Positions 1-11,025 of a stretch of DNA of 64,000 bases are shown here, piece by piece (position 1 is the first letter of the stretch; each line of letters starts with the position of its first letter). This stretch comes from an uncultured Clostridiaceae bacterium. Its GTDB lineage: Bacteria; Bacillota; Clostridia; TANB77; CAG-508. The notes beneath the pieces are model-generated. The model made no database searches. It was not told the origin of the DNA and was given only the letters and a program-made list of their open reading frames with translations. Location: NCBI GenBank assembly GCA_947647275.1, contig CANSJQ010000002.1:5795-69794 (forward strand). The letters run 5' to 3'. A program made the translations under genes and the position numbers.

Positions 1-349
1 TTATTAAATTTCTAAGTAATGATTTTTCTTCTACTATTTTTATATATTTCTCTACATTAGAGGTTGTTGGAACTTTATCTGGAAGCTCTGCTAAATATTC
101 TAGTCCACCAACGCTATCCAATTTTCCCATTGAAGAAAGCTCAGCTTTTAAAGTTATAATATCAACAGGCTCAGCCCTATTATATAAATTCATAATAGCT
201 TCATATATTGTTTTATTATCTTCTCTATAAAAATCATCTTCTTTTAGTACTTCTAACGCAGCTATAATAGCTTCTTTGTCTGTAAGCATACTACCTATAA
301 CTGCTTGCTCAGCTTCTGTGTCATGTGGTGGTACTTTTCCTAGTTCCAT
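1..349 (-). CDS. dnaB: replicative DNA helicase DnaB, N-terminal ~116 aa (gene continues beyond window start)
   Basis: Minus-strand translation from ATG (revcomp of cat at 347-349): MELGKVPPHDTEAEQAVIGSMLTDKEAIIAALEVLKEDDFYREDNKTIYEAIMNLYNRAEPVDIITLKAELSSMGKLDSVGGLEYLAEL; DnaB N-terminal domain signature; lies downstream of rplI as in most Firmicutes. Confidence 0.8.
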   Translation of the reverse strand, partial: MELGKVPPHDTEAEQAVIGSMLTDKEAIIAALEVLKEDDFYREDNKTIYEAIMNLYNRAEPVDIITLKAELSSMGKLDSVGGLEYLAELPDKVPTTSNVEKYIKIVEEKSLLRNLI

Positions 350-390
350 TTGACTGCTCCTTTTCTATTTTAGTAGTTCCTTTAAAGTGC

Positions 391-422
391 AGGTCGCTTA
401 ATAATACTGCGACCCCTACAAT
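391..422 (+). repeat. Family-A GC-rich hairpin module (degenerate copy): aggtcgc-ttaataatact-gcgacccctaca
   Basis: Shares the gtcgc...gcgacccctaca arms and the cccctaca tail with the copies at 1164, 22790, 25603 and 30521. Confidence 0.5.
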
Positions 423-505
423 GTAATTTTTAAAATAGTCGTAATTAAAATTTGTAGAGTAACCTTATGTGTTTGTATATATTAAAATACATAAGGTGGA
501 TTATT

Positions 506-949
506 TTAACATATAGTATTTATTTTCAATTTTCCTATTACACCCTCATACAATTTAATATCTACTGTTCTTGTTCCTATAACTTTTATTGTTTCGCTTA
601 AATTTATTTTCTTTTTGTCTACATCTATGGCATATTGTGTTTTTAAGTTTTCTGCTATTTCTTTGGCTGTTACTCCGCCAAATATTTTTCCATTTTCTCC
701 TGCTTTTACTTTTATTGTTAATGTTATATCTTTTATTTTATCTGCTAGTTTTATTGCTTCTTCTTTTTGCATATCTTTTCTATATTGATTTGATTCTTGT
801 TTTGCTTTTAAATTTCCTAAATTTCCTGTTGTTGCCTCTAACGCTAACTTTTTTGGAAATAAATAATTTCGTGCATATCCATCATTTGCATTTATTATTT
901 GATCTTTTTTTCCTACCCCTTTTATATCTTGTAATAAAATAACTTTCAT
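506..949 (-). CDS. rplI: 50S ribosomal protein L9
   Basis: ORF-track protein [36 protein letters not shown]... is a canonical L9. True start is the internal MKVIL, not the upstream MEVDN extension. Confidence 0.9.
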   Translation of the reverse strand: MKVILLQDIKGVGKKDQIINANDGYARNYLFPKKLALEATTGNLGNLKAKQESNQYRKDMQKEEAIKLADKIKDITLTIKVKAGENGKIFGGVTAKEIAENLKTQYAIDVDKKKINLSETIKVIGTRTVDIKLYEGVIGKLKINTIC

Positions 950-1163
950 ATTATCTACCTCCATTATTCTATATTGTTCTAAACTGTACTGTATGTTCCT
1001 ATATTTTACCTTAAAAACCTTAATTTTTCAAGAGTTTCATTATAATTAATTTAGATTAATATTTCTTATAAAATAAAGGAATGAGTAATACCTATTCCTT
1101 TATTTACTTTATCTGTTTATTTTTAAAATGTATTTTTGTTTTTTAACTGTCATTTAATTCTAA

Positions 1164-1212
1164 TTAGGTAGTTTCTTCGAAGGGCGGGTCGCCGATGGCA
1201 ACGACCCCTACA
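1164..1212 (+). repeat. Family-A interspersed element, full form: box1 ttaggtaRtttcttcgaag plus GC hairpin gggtcgccgatggcaacgacccctaca
   Basis: Direct read; the hairpin arms gggtcg/cgaccc are an inverted repeat. Near-identical copies at 22790, 25603 and 30521. Confidence 0.8.
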
Positions 1213-1290
1213 ATTAATCTTTTTATTTAATTGAAAAGAGATGTTCTTATTGTGTCTATTTAACACAATAATGAGCATCTCTTGTATTTT

Positions 1291-3318
1291 CTAATTTAGA
1301 ATTTCTTCAAAATATTCATCTATTTTTGCTATTAACTCTTGTTTTACCTCTTCCATGTTCATGCCTTCTACTTGGGCTCCTGCTAGTGTTATGTGTCCAC
1401 CACCGCCCATTTTTTCTAAAATTATTTGAACATTTATATCGCCTATTGAACGTCCACTTATGCAAATTTTATCTCCTAAGTTTCCTATTACAAATGATGC
1501 TGTTATATCACTTATTGTTAATAGCTCATCTGCTGCTTTTGCACATACTATGTTGGCATTTTTGTCATTTTCTTCGTAGCATGCTATTCCTATTGTTCCT
1601 TTTATTATTTGCGTTTTATTTACTATTTCTGCTATTTTGTTATATGTTTGTAAATCGCTTTGGAACCATTTTTTTATTTTTATAATATCTATTCCGCATT
1701 TTCTTAAGAAAGCTGCTGCTTCAAAGGTTCTTACACCTGTTTTAAATGTAAAGTTTTTTGTATCCACCATTATTCCTGCATATAGTCCTTCTGTTTCTAT
1801 TTGGCTTAAATTTATATCTTTTTCTGAATATTCTATAAGTTCTGTTACTAATTCACATGCAGATGATGCATATACTTCATGGAAAGTAAGTATTGCATTT
1901 TCAATAAAGTCTGTACTTCTCCTATGATGGTCTATTATTACTATTTTATTTGTTTTTTCTAATAATTCTGGTGCTTGAACATAACTTGTTTTGTGAGTAT
2001 CTACTACAACTAGCAATGTATTTTCATCCATTATGTCTAAGGCTTTATCTTTACTAATTATAATCTCTTTATATTCTTCATTTTCTTTTGCAGTTTCTAT
2101 AAAATTATCTAACCCAATTCCAGAAGTTTCATTTACTATATATGTTTCTTTTCCTATAGTTTTAGACATACGATATATTCCAAATGCAGCTCCCATAGCA
2201 TCTATGTCTGAATTTGAATGTCCCATAATTACTATATTTTTAGCTTCAAGCATTAATTCTTCTAAAGCATGTGCTACTATTCTTGCTTTTACTTTTGTTC
2301 TTTTTTCTATTTCTTGAGTTCTTCCACCAAAGAATGTATATTTTCCTTCTTTTCTGATAATTGCTTGGTCTCCGCCTCTACCTAATGCTATATCTATTCC
2401 TCCTTGTGCTAATTTATATTTTTTATAATTTGTTTCTCCTTCATTTGATATAGCAATACTAAGTGTTGATTGTATTTTTCCTGGTATTGATATTTCTTTT
2501 ATTTTATCTAGTATCGTAAATTTTTCTTCTTCTAATTTTCTTAAATATTCTTGTTCTAATATTATTATAAATGTATCTCTTTCAGCTTTTACTATTAAAC
2601 ATTTAAATTCGGTTGCCCAGTCATATAAGCTTTTTTCTATTGTTGCTGTAATTATAGCTCTATCTTCTGCACTTACTCTTTGCATTATCTCTTCATAGTT
2701 GTCTATCATAATTATTCCTACACATATTTGGGAATTATTATATTTGTTTTGTAATTCTATATTTTCTGTTTCATCTATGAAATATAAACTAGTCATATAC
2801 TCATTTTCTTTTTTATCATCTTTAGACTTAGTATATTCTCCTAATACATTATAAGTTTTTTCTCCTATAATAACTTGTTTCTTTATTAATTCTTTTAATT
2901 CTTTTTTATTTTCTTCACTACTATTTTCTATTTCTAATTTTAATTCTTTTACTATATTATTTAAGTATGTATTTATATCAATATTAGCAAATTCTTTAAT
3001 AAATTTTGAACTTTTCCATATAATATTTCCATCTGTTTCTATTACTATTAATGGAAATGGTGAATTTATTAAAGTATTTTTAGCTACATTATCTACTACA
3101 CCTGTTAAATCTTTTATATGACTTGATAACTCTGCTTTCCTTTTATTATTAGTCCAATATGCATACATTACTATTAATATAAATGACAATATTGCTGGCA
3201 TGATAAAACGTGGTTCATAAAAGCATATGGTTACTAATAAAATTGCAATTATTAATAAATATATTTTTGTTTTTGAAACTAATTTATCAAAAACTTTTAT
3301 ATTATTATTCTTTGGCAT
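1291..3318 (-). CDS. gdpP: cyclic-di-AMP phosphodiesterase GdpP (2 TM + PAS + degenerate GGDEF + DHH/DHHA1)
   Basis: 675 aa with N-terminal TM helices, DHH motif (IVIIDHH) and GHSNSDIDAMGAA block. gdpP-rplI-dnaB synteny matches B. subtilis yybT-rplI-dnaC. Upstream sequence reads AAAGGAGAAATTT ATG (RBS-like GGAG with ~7-nt spacer). Confidence 0.85.
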   Translation of the reverse strand: MPKNNNIKVFDKLVSKTKIYLLIIAILLVTICFYEPRFIMPAILSFILIVMYAYWTNNKRKAELSSHIKDLTGVVDNVAKNTLINSPFPLIVIETDGNIIWKSSKFIKEFANIDINTYLNNIVKELKLEIENSSEENKKELKELIKKQVIIGEKTYNVLGEYTKSKDDKKENEYMTSLYFIDETENIELQNKYNNSQICVGIIMIDNYEEIMQRVSAEDRAIITATIEKSLYDWATEFKCLIVKAERDTFIIILEQEYLRKLEEEKFTILDKIKEISIPGKIQSTLSIAISNEGETNYKKYKLAQGGIDIALGRGGDQAIIRKEGKYTFFGGRTQEIEKRTKVKARIVAHALEELMLEAKNIVIMGHSNSDIDAMGAAFGIYRMSKTIGKETYIVNETSGIGLDNFIETAKENEEYKEIIISKDKALDIMDENTLLVVVDTHKTSYVQAPELLEKTNKIVIIDHHRRSTDFIENAILTFHEVYASSACELVTELIEYSEKDINLSQIETEGLYAGIMVDTKNFTFKTGVRTFEAAAFLRKCGIDIIKIKKWFQSDLQTYNKIAEIVNKTQIIKGTIGIACYEENDKNANIVCAKAADELLTISDITASFVIGNLGDKICISGRSIGDINVQIILEKMGGGGHITLAGAQVEGMNMEEVKQELIAKIDEYFEEILN

Positions 3319-3384
3319 AAATTTCTCCTTTTACTCTTTCATACATTATAATTGTACTATTTTTTAGTATTTTTGTCAAATAAT

Positions 3385-3420
3385 AAAAAATGAGCAATTA
3401 TTCACTGCTCATTCGTTTTT
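3385..3420. terminator. bidirectional rho-independent terminator (aatgagcaattattcactgctcatt with U-runs on both strands)
   Basis: Hairpin plus flanking T/A runs between gdpP start and the Gly-rich gene end. Confidence 0.5.
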
Positions 3421-3422
3421 CA

Positions 3423-5180
3423 TTAATTATCTTTTACAAATGTTCCTGTTGAAATGTTTCCTATGGTTATACATCCTGTACCTCCGTTGCCTCCATTAAA
3501 CTTAATATTTCCACTAATTCCACCAGGTCCTCCACTTCCACCATTAACATTTATATAGCCTCTAGTTATATTAGATTTATAGAATATATTTATGCTTCCT
3601 CCGCCAGACGCTCCTCCGCCTGCACTCTTTGCGCTTCCTCCATTACTACCATTTGAAGTTATTGTTCCATTGTTCTTAATTGAGTTTGCAATTATTGTAA
3701 GTAGTCCTCCTGTTCCTGTCGCGCCATTATTTCCATAATACCTTCCGCCAAATCCTGTTCCTCCTGGATTACCAGCGCCTCCTCCTGCTGAATCATAGTT
3801 TTTACTGCTTCCTTTTCCGTCTCCTCCTGCTCCTCCATTTGAACTTACATTTACTCCTGCTATATCGTCAGCACCTCCACTTCCAACTCCACCAGAGTAT
3901 GATGTTCCACTTCCTCCTGCCTTTGAAGCCCTATTTATTCCTGCACCTGCGCCACCACCACCAGTTCTTCTAGCAGTTCCTGCTACTCCATTGTTCGCAG
4001 TTTTATTTACTACACCTGCTCCTCCTGCTCCTCCTATTGCTGGTACATATTCATAAGTGTTATCTTCGTTTTTGTGTAGGTATACATTCTCACCTGTTTG
4101 GTTTACTGTTCCTTTTGCTGTCATTGTTATATTTCCATTATTTGTTAATGTTCCTGCACAATATATAAACATTCCTTTTTTAGTGCATAAATATGCTACT
4201 CCATTTATTGTTGCGCTTGTTCCTGTTGGACTTATTGTTACTCCACTATTTATTGTTAAATCTCCATTATATTTTAGTATTAACATTCTTTTTTCTGAAT
4301 TAGTTTTTCCTGTTCCTGTATATTTTGTGTTACCTATTACTATCTCATTTGAAGCTTCATAATTTGCATCTTCATTATAATTATATAATTCTACTGGATA
4401 ATCAATTGTGTTTCCTTCACCATTATATGTTATTCTAAATATATAATTTCCTGATTCTAAATTATTATTTTCTACACATGCTAATATACTCTCTCCTTCT
4501 ATTACTGTATTCTCTTGTTTATATGTTACAGTATCAAGTATTGTGTGTTCTACATTAATTATAATCTCATTTCCTATACTATCTACTTGCCTTAAAGCTA
4601 CCTTTACATCTCTATTTCCTAATGCTTCTAATATTTGGTAATCATCTAATCTTATTATATTTGTATAATTAACCCATGCTGAGCTATCTCCTATCATATA
4701 TTGCTTTACTGCACTTCCTGCTTTGTAATTTACTGTTAATGCTTGTTGTGTTTCTGTTTCTCTTGTTAAATTATAATCTATCATATCTAAATAAAATTGG
4801 TTATTTATTTGTATTGTTCTTTCTATTTCTTCTCCTTTTGTATTTATTGCCTTAAATGTTAAACTTTCTTTTCCTGTTATATCTGTGTTATAGTCAAATG
4901 CTACTTTTGTTTTTCCATTACAATATAACTCCATTTCATTATTGGGATATATTATTTTTTCTATTCCATTTTCTGTATCTTCTGCTATTACTAGCATTGC
5001 TGTTTTTCCATTTACATGTTTATATACTTCATAGCTTATCTGTTTTACTATTTCTTCTTTATTGTTATTGTCTATAATCCTATCTATTACTCCTGTTCGT
5101 TTCAAAACTACTAATGTTATTGACATTACAAATAATAATGCTATTATGATTATTAAAATTATTTTCTTTTTATTTTGCAT
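3423..5180 (-). CDS. membrane-anchored Gly/Asn/Thr-rich surface protein, hypothetical (possible beta-helix or adhesin-like)
   Basis: ORF track gives 3423..5255 with a TTG start and no RBS. The internal ATG at 5180 (MQNKKKIILIIIIALLF...) is preceded by AAGGAG and opens with a signal-anchor helix. C-terminal half is low complexity (GGAGGAG..., GSGGxGG). Confidence 0.55.
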   Translation of the reverse strand: MQNKKKIILIIIIALLFVMSITLVVLKRTGVIDRIIDNNNKEEIVKQISYEVYKHVNGKTAMLVIAEDTENGIEKIIYPNNEMELYCNGKTKVAFDYNTDITGKESLTFKAINTKGEEIERTIQINNQFYLDMIDYNLTRETETQQALTVNYKAGSAVKQYMIGDSSAWVNYTNIIRLDDYQILEALGNRDVKVALRQVDSIGNEIIINVEHTILDTVTYKQENTVIEGESILACVENNNLESGNYIFRITYNGEGNTIDYPVELYNYNEDANYEASNEIVIGNTKYTGTGKTNSEKRMLILKYNGDLTINSGVTISPTGTSATINGVAYLCTKKGMFIYCAGTLTNNGNITMTAKGTVNQTGENVYLHKNEDNTYEYVPAIGGAGGAGVVNKTANNGVAGTARRTGGGGAGAGINRASKAGGSGTSYSGGVGSGGADDIAGVNVSSNGGAGGDGKGSSKNYDSAGGGAGNPGGTGFGGRYYGNNGATGTGGLLTIIANSIKNNGTITSNGSNGGSAKSAGGGASGGGSINIFYKSNITRGYINVNGGSGGPGGISGNIKFNGGNGGTGCITIGNISTGTFVKDN

Positions 5181-5373
5181 AATTTTATTTTTCTCCTTAG
5201 TTTTATATTTGTTAATTATATTATATATTTTACCAATATCATATTTTTTAGTCAATGCTTTAATTATTTAAATTAATCTATAGTTTATATAATATTTTTA
5301 ATAAAACTATTTATGGTAAGATTTTATTTATTCTTTCACTCTTCTGTAATAAATTACAGTAATTTTAGCATAT

Positions 5374-6669
5374 TTATTGTTTATTTTTTATTCTTTCTAT
5401 TATCTTTTTACATTTATCATATATATCATTTTCTTCTATTTTTAACTTCTTGTTCTCCATTAAGATTTTTCCATTTACTATTGTTGTTTCTATATTATTT
5501 CCTTTTACATTATATACTATGTCTGATACTATGTCATTTACTGGTTTTGTTACAACTGTGTCTAAGTTTAGTATTATTAGGTCTGCTTGTTTTCCTTCTT
5601 CTATATTTCCTATTTTTTCTTCTAATCCTAATGCTTTTGCTCCATTTATTGTTGCTAGCTTTAATACTTCGTATGCTGGCATTTGTGTTGGCTCTTCAGT
5701 TATTCCTTTTTGAAGAAGTGCTGTATATTTCATACTTTCAAATAAATCTAAGTTACTTCCGCTTCCTTGTCCATCTGTTCCTATGCTTACATTTATTCCT
5801 TCTTTTATCATTTTTGATATATTTGCTATTCCACAACCTAGTTTTAAGTTACTTACTGGGCAGTGTGATACACTTACGTTTTTGTTTTGAGAAAGTTTTG
5901 CTATTTCTTCTTCATTTAATTTAACTGCATGTGCCAATGTTATTTTTGTATCCTTAAATTCTTTGTTTAATACATCTATTGGCTTTTCATTATATGCATT
6001 TTCAATATCTTCAACTTCTTTTGTATTTTCACAAAAATGCATGTGTATTGGTAATTCATTTTCTTTTGCAAATTTAATACATTTTTGCACATATTCTCTA
6101 CTTGATGTGTATAATCCATGTATTCCTACATTTAAACTTATACAATCATTATAGTTTTTATATTTCTCTACTAATTTTCTTAATTCTTCGAGTCTTTCTT
6201 CTCCTAATTTTTCATTTCCTGCATCCATTAGTGTTCTTGTTGTTTGAAGTCGTATTCCGCATTCAATAGCTGCTTTTATTATATCTTCTGTCATGAAATA
6301 CATATCATTTATTGTAGTTGTTCCTGTTTTAATCATTTCTAAAAATGATAGGTATGATGCATAATATATATCTTCATTTGTTAATTTATCTTCCATTGGC
6401 CATATCTTTTTTGTAAGCCAGTCTTGCAGACTGTATCCATCTACTGTTTCCCTAAATATGCTCATTGGAACATGTGCATGGGTATTTATTAAACCTGGCA
6501 TTACTATTTTTCCTTTTGCATCTAATACTTTATCTGCATCTATAGCTTCTATGTTGTTTGCTATTTTTGTTATTTTGCTATCTATTATTTCTATATCTAT
6601 ATTTTCTTCAATCTTTTTTCTTTTTTCACTCATTGATATAAGTGTTGCATTTTTAATGACTATTTTCAT
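5374..6669 (-). CDS. amidohydrolase-superfamily nucleoside/nucleobase deaminase (MtaD/SsnA-like)
   Basis: 431 aa; metal-binding HxH (GLINTHAHVPMS), later HMHFCE and GTDG motifs typical of the amidohydrolase_1 family. Confidence 0.65.
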   Translation of the reverse strand: MKIVIKNATLISMSEKRKKIEENIDIEIIDSKITKIANNIEAIDADKVLDAKGKIVMPGLINTHAHVPMSIFRETVDGYSLQDWLTKKIWPMEDKLTNEDIYYASYLSFLEMIKTGTTTINDMYFMTEDIIKAAIECGIRLQTTRTLMDAGNEKLGEERLEELRKLVEKYKNYNDCISLNVGIHGLYTSSREYVQKCIKFAKENELPIHMHFCENTKEVEDIENAYNEKPIDVLNKEFKDTKITLAHAVKLNEEEIAKLSQNKNVSVSHCPVSNLKLGCGIANISKMIKEGINVSIGTDGQGSGSNLDLFESMKYTALLQKGITEEPTQMPAYEVLKLATINGAKALGLEEKIGNIEEGKQADLIILNLDTVVTKPVNDIVSDIVYNVKGNNIETTIVNGKILMENKKLKIEENDIYDKCKKIIERIKNKQ

Positions 6670-6792
6670 ATATTTTCTCCTTACTTTTTATTATTTACCT
6701 TTTTCATTAGGAATTATATTATTTTATCACATTTTTGTAAACATTTTCTTTAGTTTTATCAAATTTTTGTAAATTATATTATTATAATGTTA

Positions 6793-6838
6793 GCAAAACT
6801 CACTTGAATTACAAGTGAGTTTTGCTATATTTTTTTGT
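6793..6838. terminator. rho-independent terminator hairpin gcaaaactcacttg-aatt-acaagtgagttttgc plus T-run
   Basis: Perfect 14-bp stem followed by tatattttttt. Confidence 0.55.
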
Positions 6839-6898
6839 TACTTTTGCCCTATTTTCTAACTGTTTAGTAGTGAGCTCCCGCTTCTTTTCTTTCTTCAT
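6809..6898 (-). CDS. small highly basic 29-aa ORF (MKKEKKRELTTKQLENRAKVTKKYSKTHL) with strong RBS
   Basis: AAGGAGGA sits 7 nt upstream of the ATG. The 3' end runs into the terminator hairpin at 6793-6825. Not in the ORF track because it is under 60 aa. Confidence 0.3.
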   Translation of the reverse strand: MKKEKKRELTTKQLENRAKVTKKYSKTHL

Positions 6899-7036
6899 TT
6901 AAATGTCCTCCTTAAAATATTAATTTTGCTTAGTTTTCTAGTTACTTTCATAACTCTCCATTTTGGTGCTAAAATAGGAGTTTTATAAATTTTATGCTAT
7001 CATATCACATTTACATAATTTCAGCAATACTCTATT

Positions 7037-7085
7037 ATAAAAATGAGATTTTTGGGTGCGTCCCAAAAATCTCATTGTTTTTTTA
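7037..7085 (-). terminator. rpoC terminator (aatgagatttttggg-tgcg-cccaaaaatctcatt, U-rich on both sides)
   Basis: Hairpin begins directly after the rpoC stop codon at 7083-7085. Confidence 0.6.
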
Positions 7086-10000
7086 TTCTGCTACTACTTC
7101 TTCAGAAGTTTCTTCTGCTTCAGTTGTTTCTTGTTCTTCGTTTTCTGTGCTTATTTTTGTGTTTTTGTATTTTGCTAGACCTGTTCCTGCTGGTATTAGT
7201 TTTCCTATTATTACGTTTTCTTTTAGTCCTATTAGTTCATCTACTTTTCCTTTTATTGCGGCTTCTGTTAATACTCTTGTTGTTTCTTGGAATGATGCGG
7301 CTGATAGGAAGCTGTCTGTTGCTAGTGATGCTTTTGTGATTCCTAAAAGTACTCGTTTTCCTGTTGCTGGGCGTTTTCCTTCTTCTATAGCTTTTTCGTT
7401 TATGTCTTGGAATTCGTACATGTCTACTAGTGAACCTGCAAATAGGTGTGTATCTCCGTTGTCTTCTACTCTTACTTTCTTAAGCATTTGTCTACCTATT
7501 ACTTCTATATGTTTGTCGTTTATATCAACACCTTGGTTTCTATAAACTCTTTGTACTTCTTGTACTAAGTAGTTGTATACTCCTTCTGGTCCTTTTATTA
7601 AAAGTAATTCGTTTGGATTTATTGAACCTTCTGTAAGTGGTTGACCTGCAACTACTTCGTCTCCTTCTTTTACTTTTAGTTTTGAACCAAATGGTATTAC
7701 ATATGTTTTGCTGTCGTCTTTTGATGTTACTACAAGTTCTTTCTTTTTCTTGTTTTCTTGTAGTTTAACTTTACCATCTATTTCTGTTATTATAGCAACA
7801 CCCTTAGGTTTTCTTGCTTCAAATAACTCTTCAACCCTTGGAAGACCTTGTGTAATGTCGGCAACACCAGCAACACCACCAGAGTGAATTGTTCTCATTG
7901 TAAGCTGTGTACCTGGCTCACCTATTGATTGTGCAGCTATAATACCAACTGCTTCACCAATGTCGGCTTCTTTTTGGCTAGATAGACCCATACCATAACA
8001 TCTTGAGCATACTCCGTTTTTTGTTCTACATCCAAATACTGAGCGCACTCTTACTTTTTCTATTCCAGCACTTACTATTTGGTCTGCCATACTTGCTGTA
8101 ATCATTGTGTCTGGAGTTGCTATTACTTCTTTTGTTTCTGGGTTTATTATATCTTCTAATGGGTATCTTCCTGTTATTCTTTCTTCTAAGCTTTCTATTA
8201 CTTGGTTTCCATCTTTTATTGCTGTAAGTTCTATTCCGTCGTGTGTTCCACAGTCATGTTCTCTTACGATAATATCTTGTGAAACGTCTACTAATCTTCT
8301 TGTTAAGTATCCTGAATCGGCTGTTCTTAACGCTGTATCTGAAAGACCTTTACGAGCACCATGGGCAGATATAAAGTATTCTAGAGCATCTAGACCTTCC
8401 CTGAATGATGACTTGATTGGTATTTCTACTGTTCTACCTGTTGTACTTGCCATAAGTCCACGCATACCTGCTATTTGTTTTAATTGGTCTAAGTTACCAC
8501 GGGCACCTGAATCTGACATTATATATAATGGGTTTAATGCATCAAAGTTGTTTTTCATGGCAACACTGACATCACTTGTAGCTCTTTCCCATATTTTAAT
8601 TACTGATTGGTATCTTTCCTCTTCTGTAATTAAACCACGTTTATATTGTTTTAATACATTCTCTACTTGACTAGCTGCATCTTCTAATATTGTTTTCTTT
8701 TCTTCTGGAACTTTTGCGTCTTCTATTGAAACTGTTATACCACTTGTTGTTGAATGTTTGAAACCTGATGCTTTGATGTAGTCTAATAGTTCTGCTGATC
8801 TAGATAAACCATGTTTTTCTATACATTTTCCAACTATTTTTCCTAACATTTTCTTATTTGTTACAAAGTTGATTTCTGGTTCAAATTCATTTTCTGGATT
8901 TGTTCTATCTACAAAACCTAGGTCTTGTGGTATTTCTTTATTAAATATTATTCTACCAACTGTTGTTTCAACTTTCTTATGTCTTTCATTTCCTTCTTCG
9001 TCTACTTTACTCATTCTTACAAATATTTTAGCATGCATTCCTACTTCTTTATTTTCGTAAGCCATTATTGCTTCTTCTGGAGATGAGAAGTAATTTCCTT
9101 CTCCTGTTTCTCCTTCTACTTCCATTGTTAGGTAGTAGTTTCCTAATATCATATCTTGTGATGGTACTGTTACTGGTTTACCATCTTGTGGTTTTAATAG
9201 GTTGTTTACTGATAACATTAGGTATCTTGCTTCTGCTTGTGCTTCTGGTGATAGTGGTAAATGTATAGCCATTTGATCACCGTCGAAGTCAGCGTTGAAG
9301 GCTGTACATACTAATGGGTGTAATTTTATTGCTCTACCTTCTACTAATACTGGCTCAAATGCTTGTATACCAAGTCTATGTAATGTTGGAGCACGGTTTA
9401 ACATTACTGGATGGTCTTTAATTACTTCTTCTAATATATCCCATACTTCTGGGCGTAATCTTTCTACCATTCTTTTTGCATTTTTAATGTTGTGTGCTAA
9501 TCCTCTTTCTACTAATTCTTTCATAACGAAAGGTTTGAAAAGTTCTACTGCCATTTCTTTTGGAACACCACATTGATATATTTGAAGTTCTGGTCCTACA
9601 ACTATAACTGAACGTCCTGAGTAGTCAACACGTTTTCCTAGTAAGTTTTGACGGAAACGTCCTTGTTTACCTTTTAGTAGGTCTGATAGAGATTTTAATG
9701 CTCTATTTCCAGCACCTGTTACTGGTCTTCCTCTTCTTGAGTTATCTATTAAAGCGTCTACAGATTCTTGTAGCATTCTTTTTTCATTTCTTTTTATGAT
9801 TTCTGGTGCCCCAAGTTCTATTAATCTTTTTAATCTGTTATTTCTGTTTATAACTCTTCTGTATAAGTCGTTTAGGTCTGATGTAGCGAATCTACCACCA
9901 TCTAATTGTACCATTGGTCTTAACTCTGGTGGAATTACTGGTACTACATTCATTATCATCCATTCAGGTCTATTTCCTGATAATCTGAATGATTCTACTG

Positions 10001-10637
10001 TATCTAATCTTTTTATTAATTTTGCTTTCTTTTGCTCACTAGCTTTTTCTAGTTCTTTCTTTAAGCTTGCTGATAATGCTTCTAAGTCTATTTCTCTTAA
10101 TAGTTTTTCTAATGCTTCTGCTCCCATTTCAGCTTTGAAACTGTCATAACCATATTTTTGAACAGCCTCTGTGTATTCTTTTTCTGTTAATACTTGATAT
10201 TTCATTAATCCTGAAGTACCTTTATCTGTTACTATATATGAAGCAAAATAAACTATTTTTTCTAGGTTTCTTGGTGAAATATCTAACATTAAAGCTATTC
10301 TACTTGGTATACCTTTGAAGTACCAAATATGTGCAACTGGCGCTGCAAGCTCTATGTGTCCCATTCTTTCACGTCTTACTTTAGATTTAGTTACTTCAAC
10401 ACCACATCTATCGCAGACAATACCTTTATAACGAACTCTTTTATATTTACCACAATGGCATTCCCAGTCTTTTGTTGGTCCAAATATTCTTTCACAAAAT
10501 AGTCCATCTTTTTCTGGCTTTAGAGTTCTATAATTAATAGTTTCTGGTTTTTTAACTTCACCTTTTGACCATTCTCTAATTTTTTCGTCTGATGCTAATC
10601 CAATTTTTATTTTATCAAACATCTCTAATTCATCCAC
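7083..10637 (-). CDS. rpoC: DNA-directed RNA polymerase subunit beta'
   Basis: 1184 aa with canonical RpoC blocks (Zn-finger CHCGKYKR..., NADFDGDQM catalytic motif). GTG start at 10637 with GGGGAGG 9 nt upstream. Confidence 0.95.
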   Translation of the reverse strand: MDELEMFDKIKIGLASDEKIREWSKGEVKKPETINYRTLKPEKDGLFCERIFGPTKDWECHCGKYKRVRYKGIVCDRCGVEVTKSKVRRERMGHIELAAPVAHIWYFKGIPSRIALMLDISPRNLEKIVYFASYIVTDKGTSGLMKYQVLTEKEYTEAVQKYGYDSFKAEMGAEALEKLLREIDLEALSASLKKELEKASEQKKAKLIKRLDTVESFRLSGNRPEWMIMNVVPVIPPELRPMVQLDGGRFATSDLNDLYRRVINRNNRLKRLIELGAPEIIKRNEKRMLQESVDALIDNSRRGRPVTGAGNRALKSLSDLLKGKQGRFRQNLLGKRVDYSGRSVIVVGPELQIYQCGVPKEMAVELFKPFVMKELVERGLAHNIKNAKRMVERLRPEVWDILEEVIKDHPVMLNRAPTLHRLGIQAFEPVLVEGRAIKLHPLVCTAFNADFDGDQMAIHLPLSPEAQAEARYLMLSVNNLLKPQDGKPVTVPSQDMILGNYYLTMEVEGETGEGNYFSSPEEAIMAYENKEVGMHAKIFVRMSKVDEEGNERHKKVETTVGRIIFNKEIPQDLGFVDRTNPENEFEPEINFVTNKKMLGKIVGKCIEKHGLSRSAELLDYIKASGFKHSTTSGITVSIEDAKVPEEKKTILEDAASQVENVLKQYKRGLITEEERYQSVIKIWERATSDVSVAMKNNFDALNPLYIMSDSGARGNLDQLKQIAGMRGLMASTTGRTVEIPIKSSFREGLDALEYFISAHGARKGLSDTALRTADSGYLTRRLVDVSQDIIVREHDCGTHDGIELTAIKDGNQVIESLEERITGRYPLEDIINPETKEVIATPDTMITASMADQIVSAGIEKVRVRSVFGCRTKNGVCSRCYGMGLSSQKEADIGEAVGIIAAQSIGEPGTQLTMRTIHSGGVAGVADITQGLPRVEELFEARKPKGVAIITEIDGKVKLQENKKKKELVVTSKDDSKTYVIPFGSKLKVKEGDEVVAGQPLTEGSINPNELLLIKGPEGVYNYLVQEVQRVYRNQGVDINDKHIEVIGRQMLKKVRVEDNGDTHLFAGSLVDMYEFQDINEKAIEEGKRPATGKRVLLGITKASLATDSFLSAASFQETTRVLTEAAIKGKVDELIGLKENVIIGKLIPAGTGLAKYKNTKISTENEEQETTEAEETSEEVVAE

Positions 10638-10667
10638 TATTTTTAGCCTCCCCTTAATTTTATATTG

Positions 10668-10702
10668 TAGGGGCGATTATTAATCGCCCGTGCTACAACG
10701 GC
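10668..10702 (+). repeat. GC-rich palindrome ggggcgatt-att-aatcgccc followed by gtgctacaacgg
   Basis: Perfect 8-bp inverted repeat in the rpoB-rpoC spacer. Confidence 0.4.
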
Positions 10703-10726
10703 TTTTATTTTAGAGGTTGGAAAATC

Positions 10727-10788
10727 TGGTAAATTCTTCGAAGTATTTACCTTATATTCTAACTTCTAACTTCTAACTTCTGTTTTGG
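10727..10788 (+). repeat. Family-A long variant: box1 (ggtaaattcttcgaag) + tatttacc + tandem (ctaactt)x3
   Basis: Same architecture at 21190-21255. A related gaagtt tandem run in reverse orientation lies at 62395-62420. Confidence 0.6.
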
Positions 10789-10883
10789 CTTTCATTAAAA
10801 TTCAAAAATAATCCACTGCTGAGCAATTCCTTTTTGTCTATTTTTTTATTTATTTTGAAAATATTTAATTAATTTGATTGGTT

Positions 10884-10938
10884 AGGGCATAATTTGGTAA
10901 ATTCTACTAGGTATTCCTTACCAATCAAGCCCCTACAT
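10884..10938 (+). repeat. Family-B element: gggcataatttggta...taccaatcaagcccctacat (imperfect terminal inverted repeats)
   Basis: Copies at 18259-18310 and 22690-22743 with the same termini. Confidence 0.7.
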
Positions 10939-10993
10939 ATTTTTAAAATTTTCTGTTATTTTAAATATTTGCATTAATTATAGTTTCGTATAT

Positions 10994-11025
10994 CCAGGTC
11001 GCCACCTTCGGTGACCCGCATACCC
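10994..11025 (+). repeat. Family-A hairpin-module variant ccaggtcgccaccttcggtgacccgcataccc
   Basis: gtcgcc...ggtgacc inverted repeat, 14 nt upstream of the rpoB stop. Confidence 0.45.

Noticed and set aside
589-942. Numerous plus-strand 60-200 aa ORFs extremely rich in Leu/Phe/Ile (e.g. 589..942, 1326..1685, 5313..5924, 7043..7339, 9068..9268, 18786..19097, 36662..36940, 52818..53075, 56274..56567)
   Set aside because: They lie antisense to well-conserved minus-strand genes. Poly-L/F/I content is the expected artefact of translating AT-rich coding DNA in the antisense frame. No RBS or motif support
10750-10790. Possible CRISPR array (ctaacttctaacttctaacttct) and similar short tandem repeats at 21220-21250, 47830-47870, 62395-62420
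   Set aside because: Units are 6-7 bp with no unique spacers, far too short; no cas genes in the window
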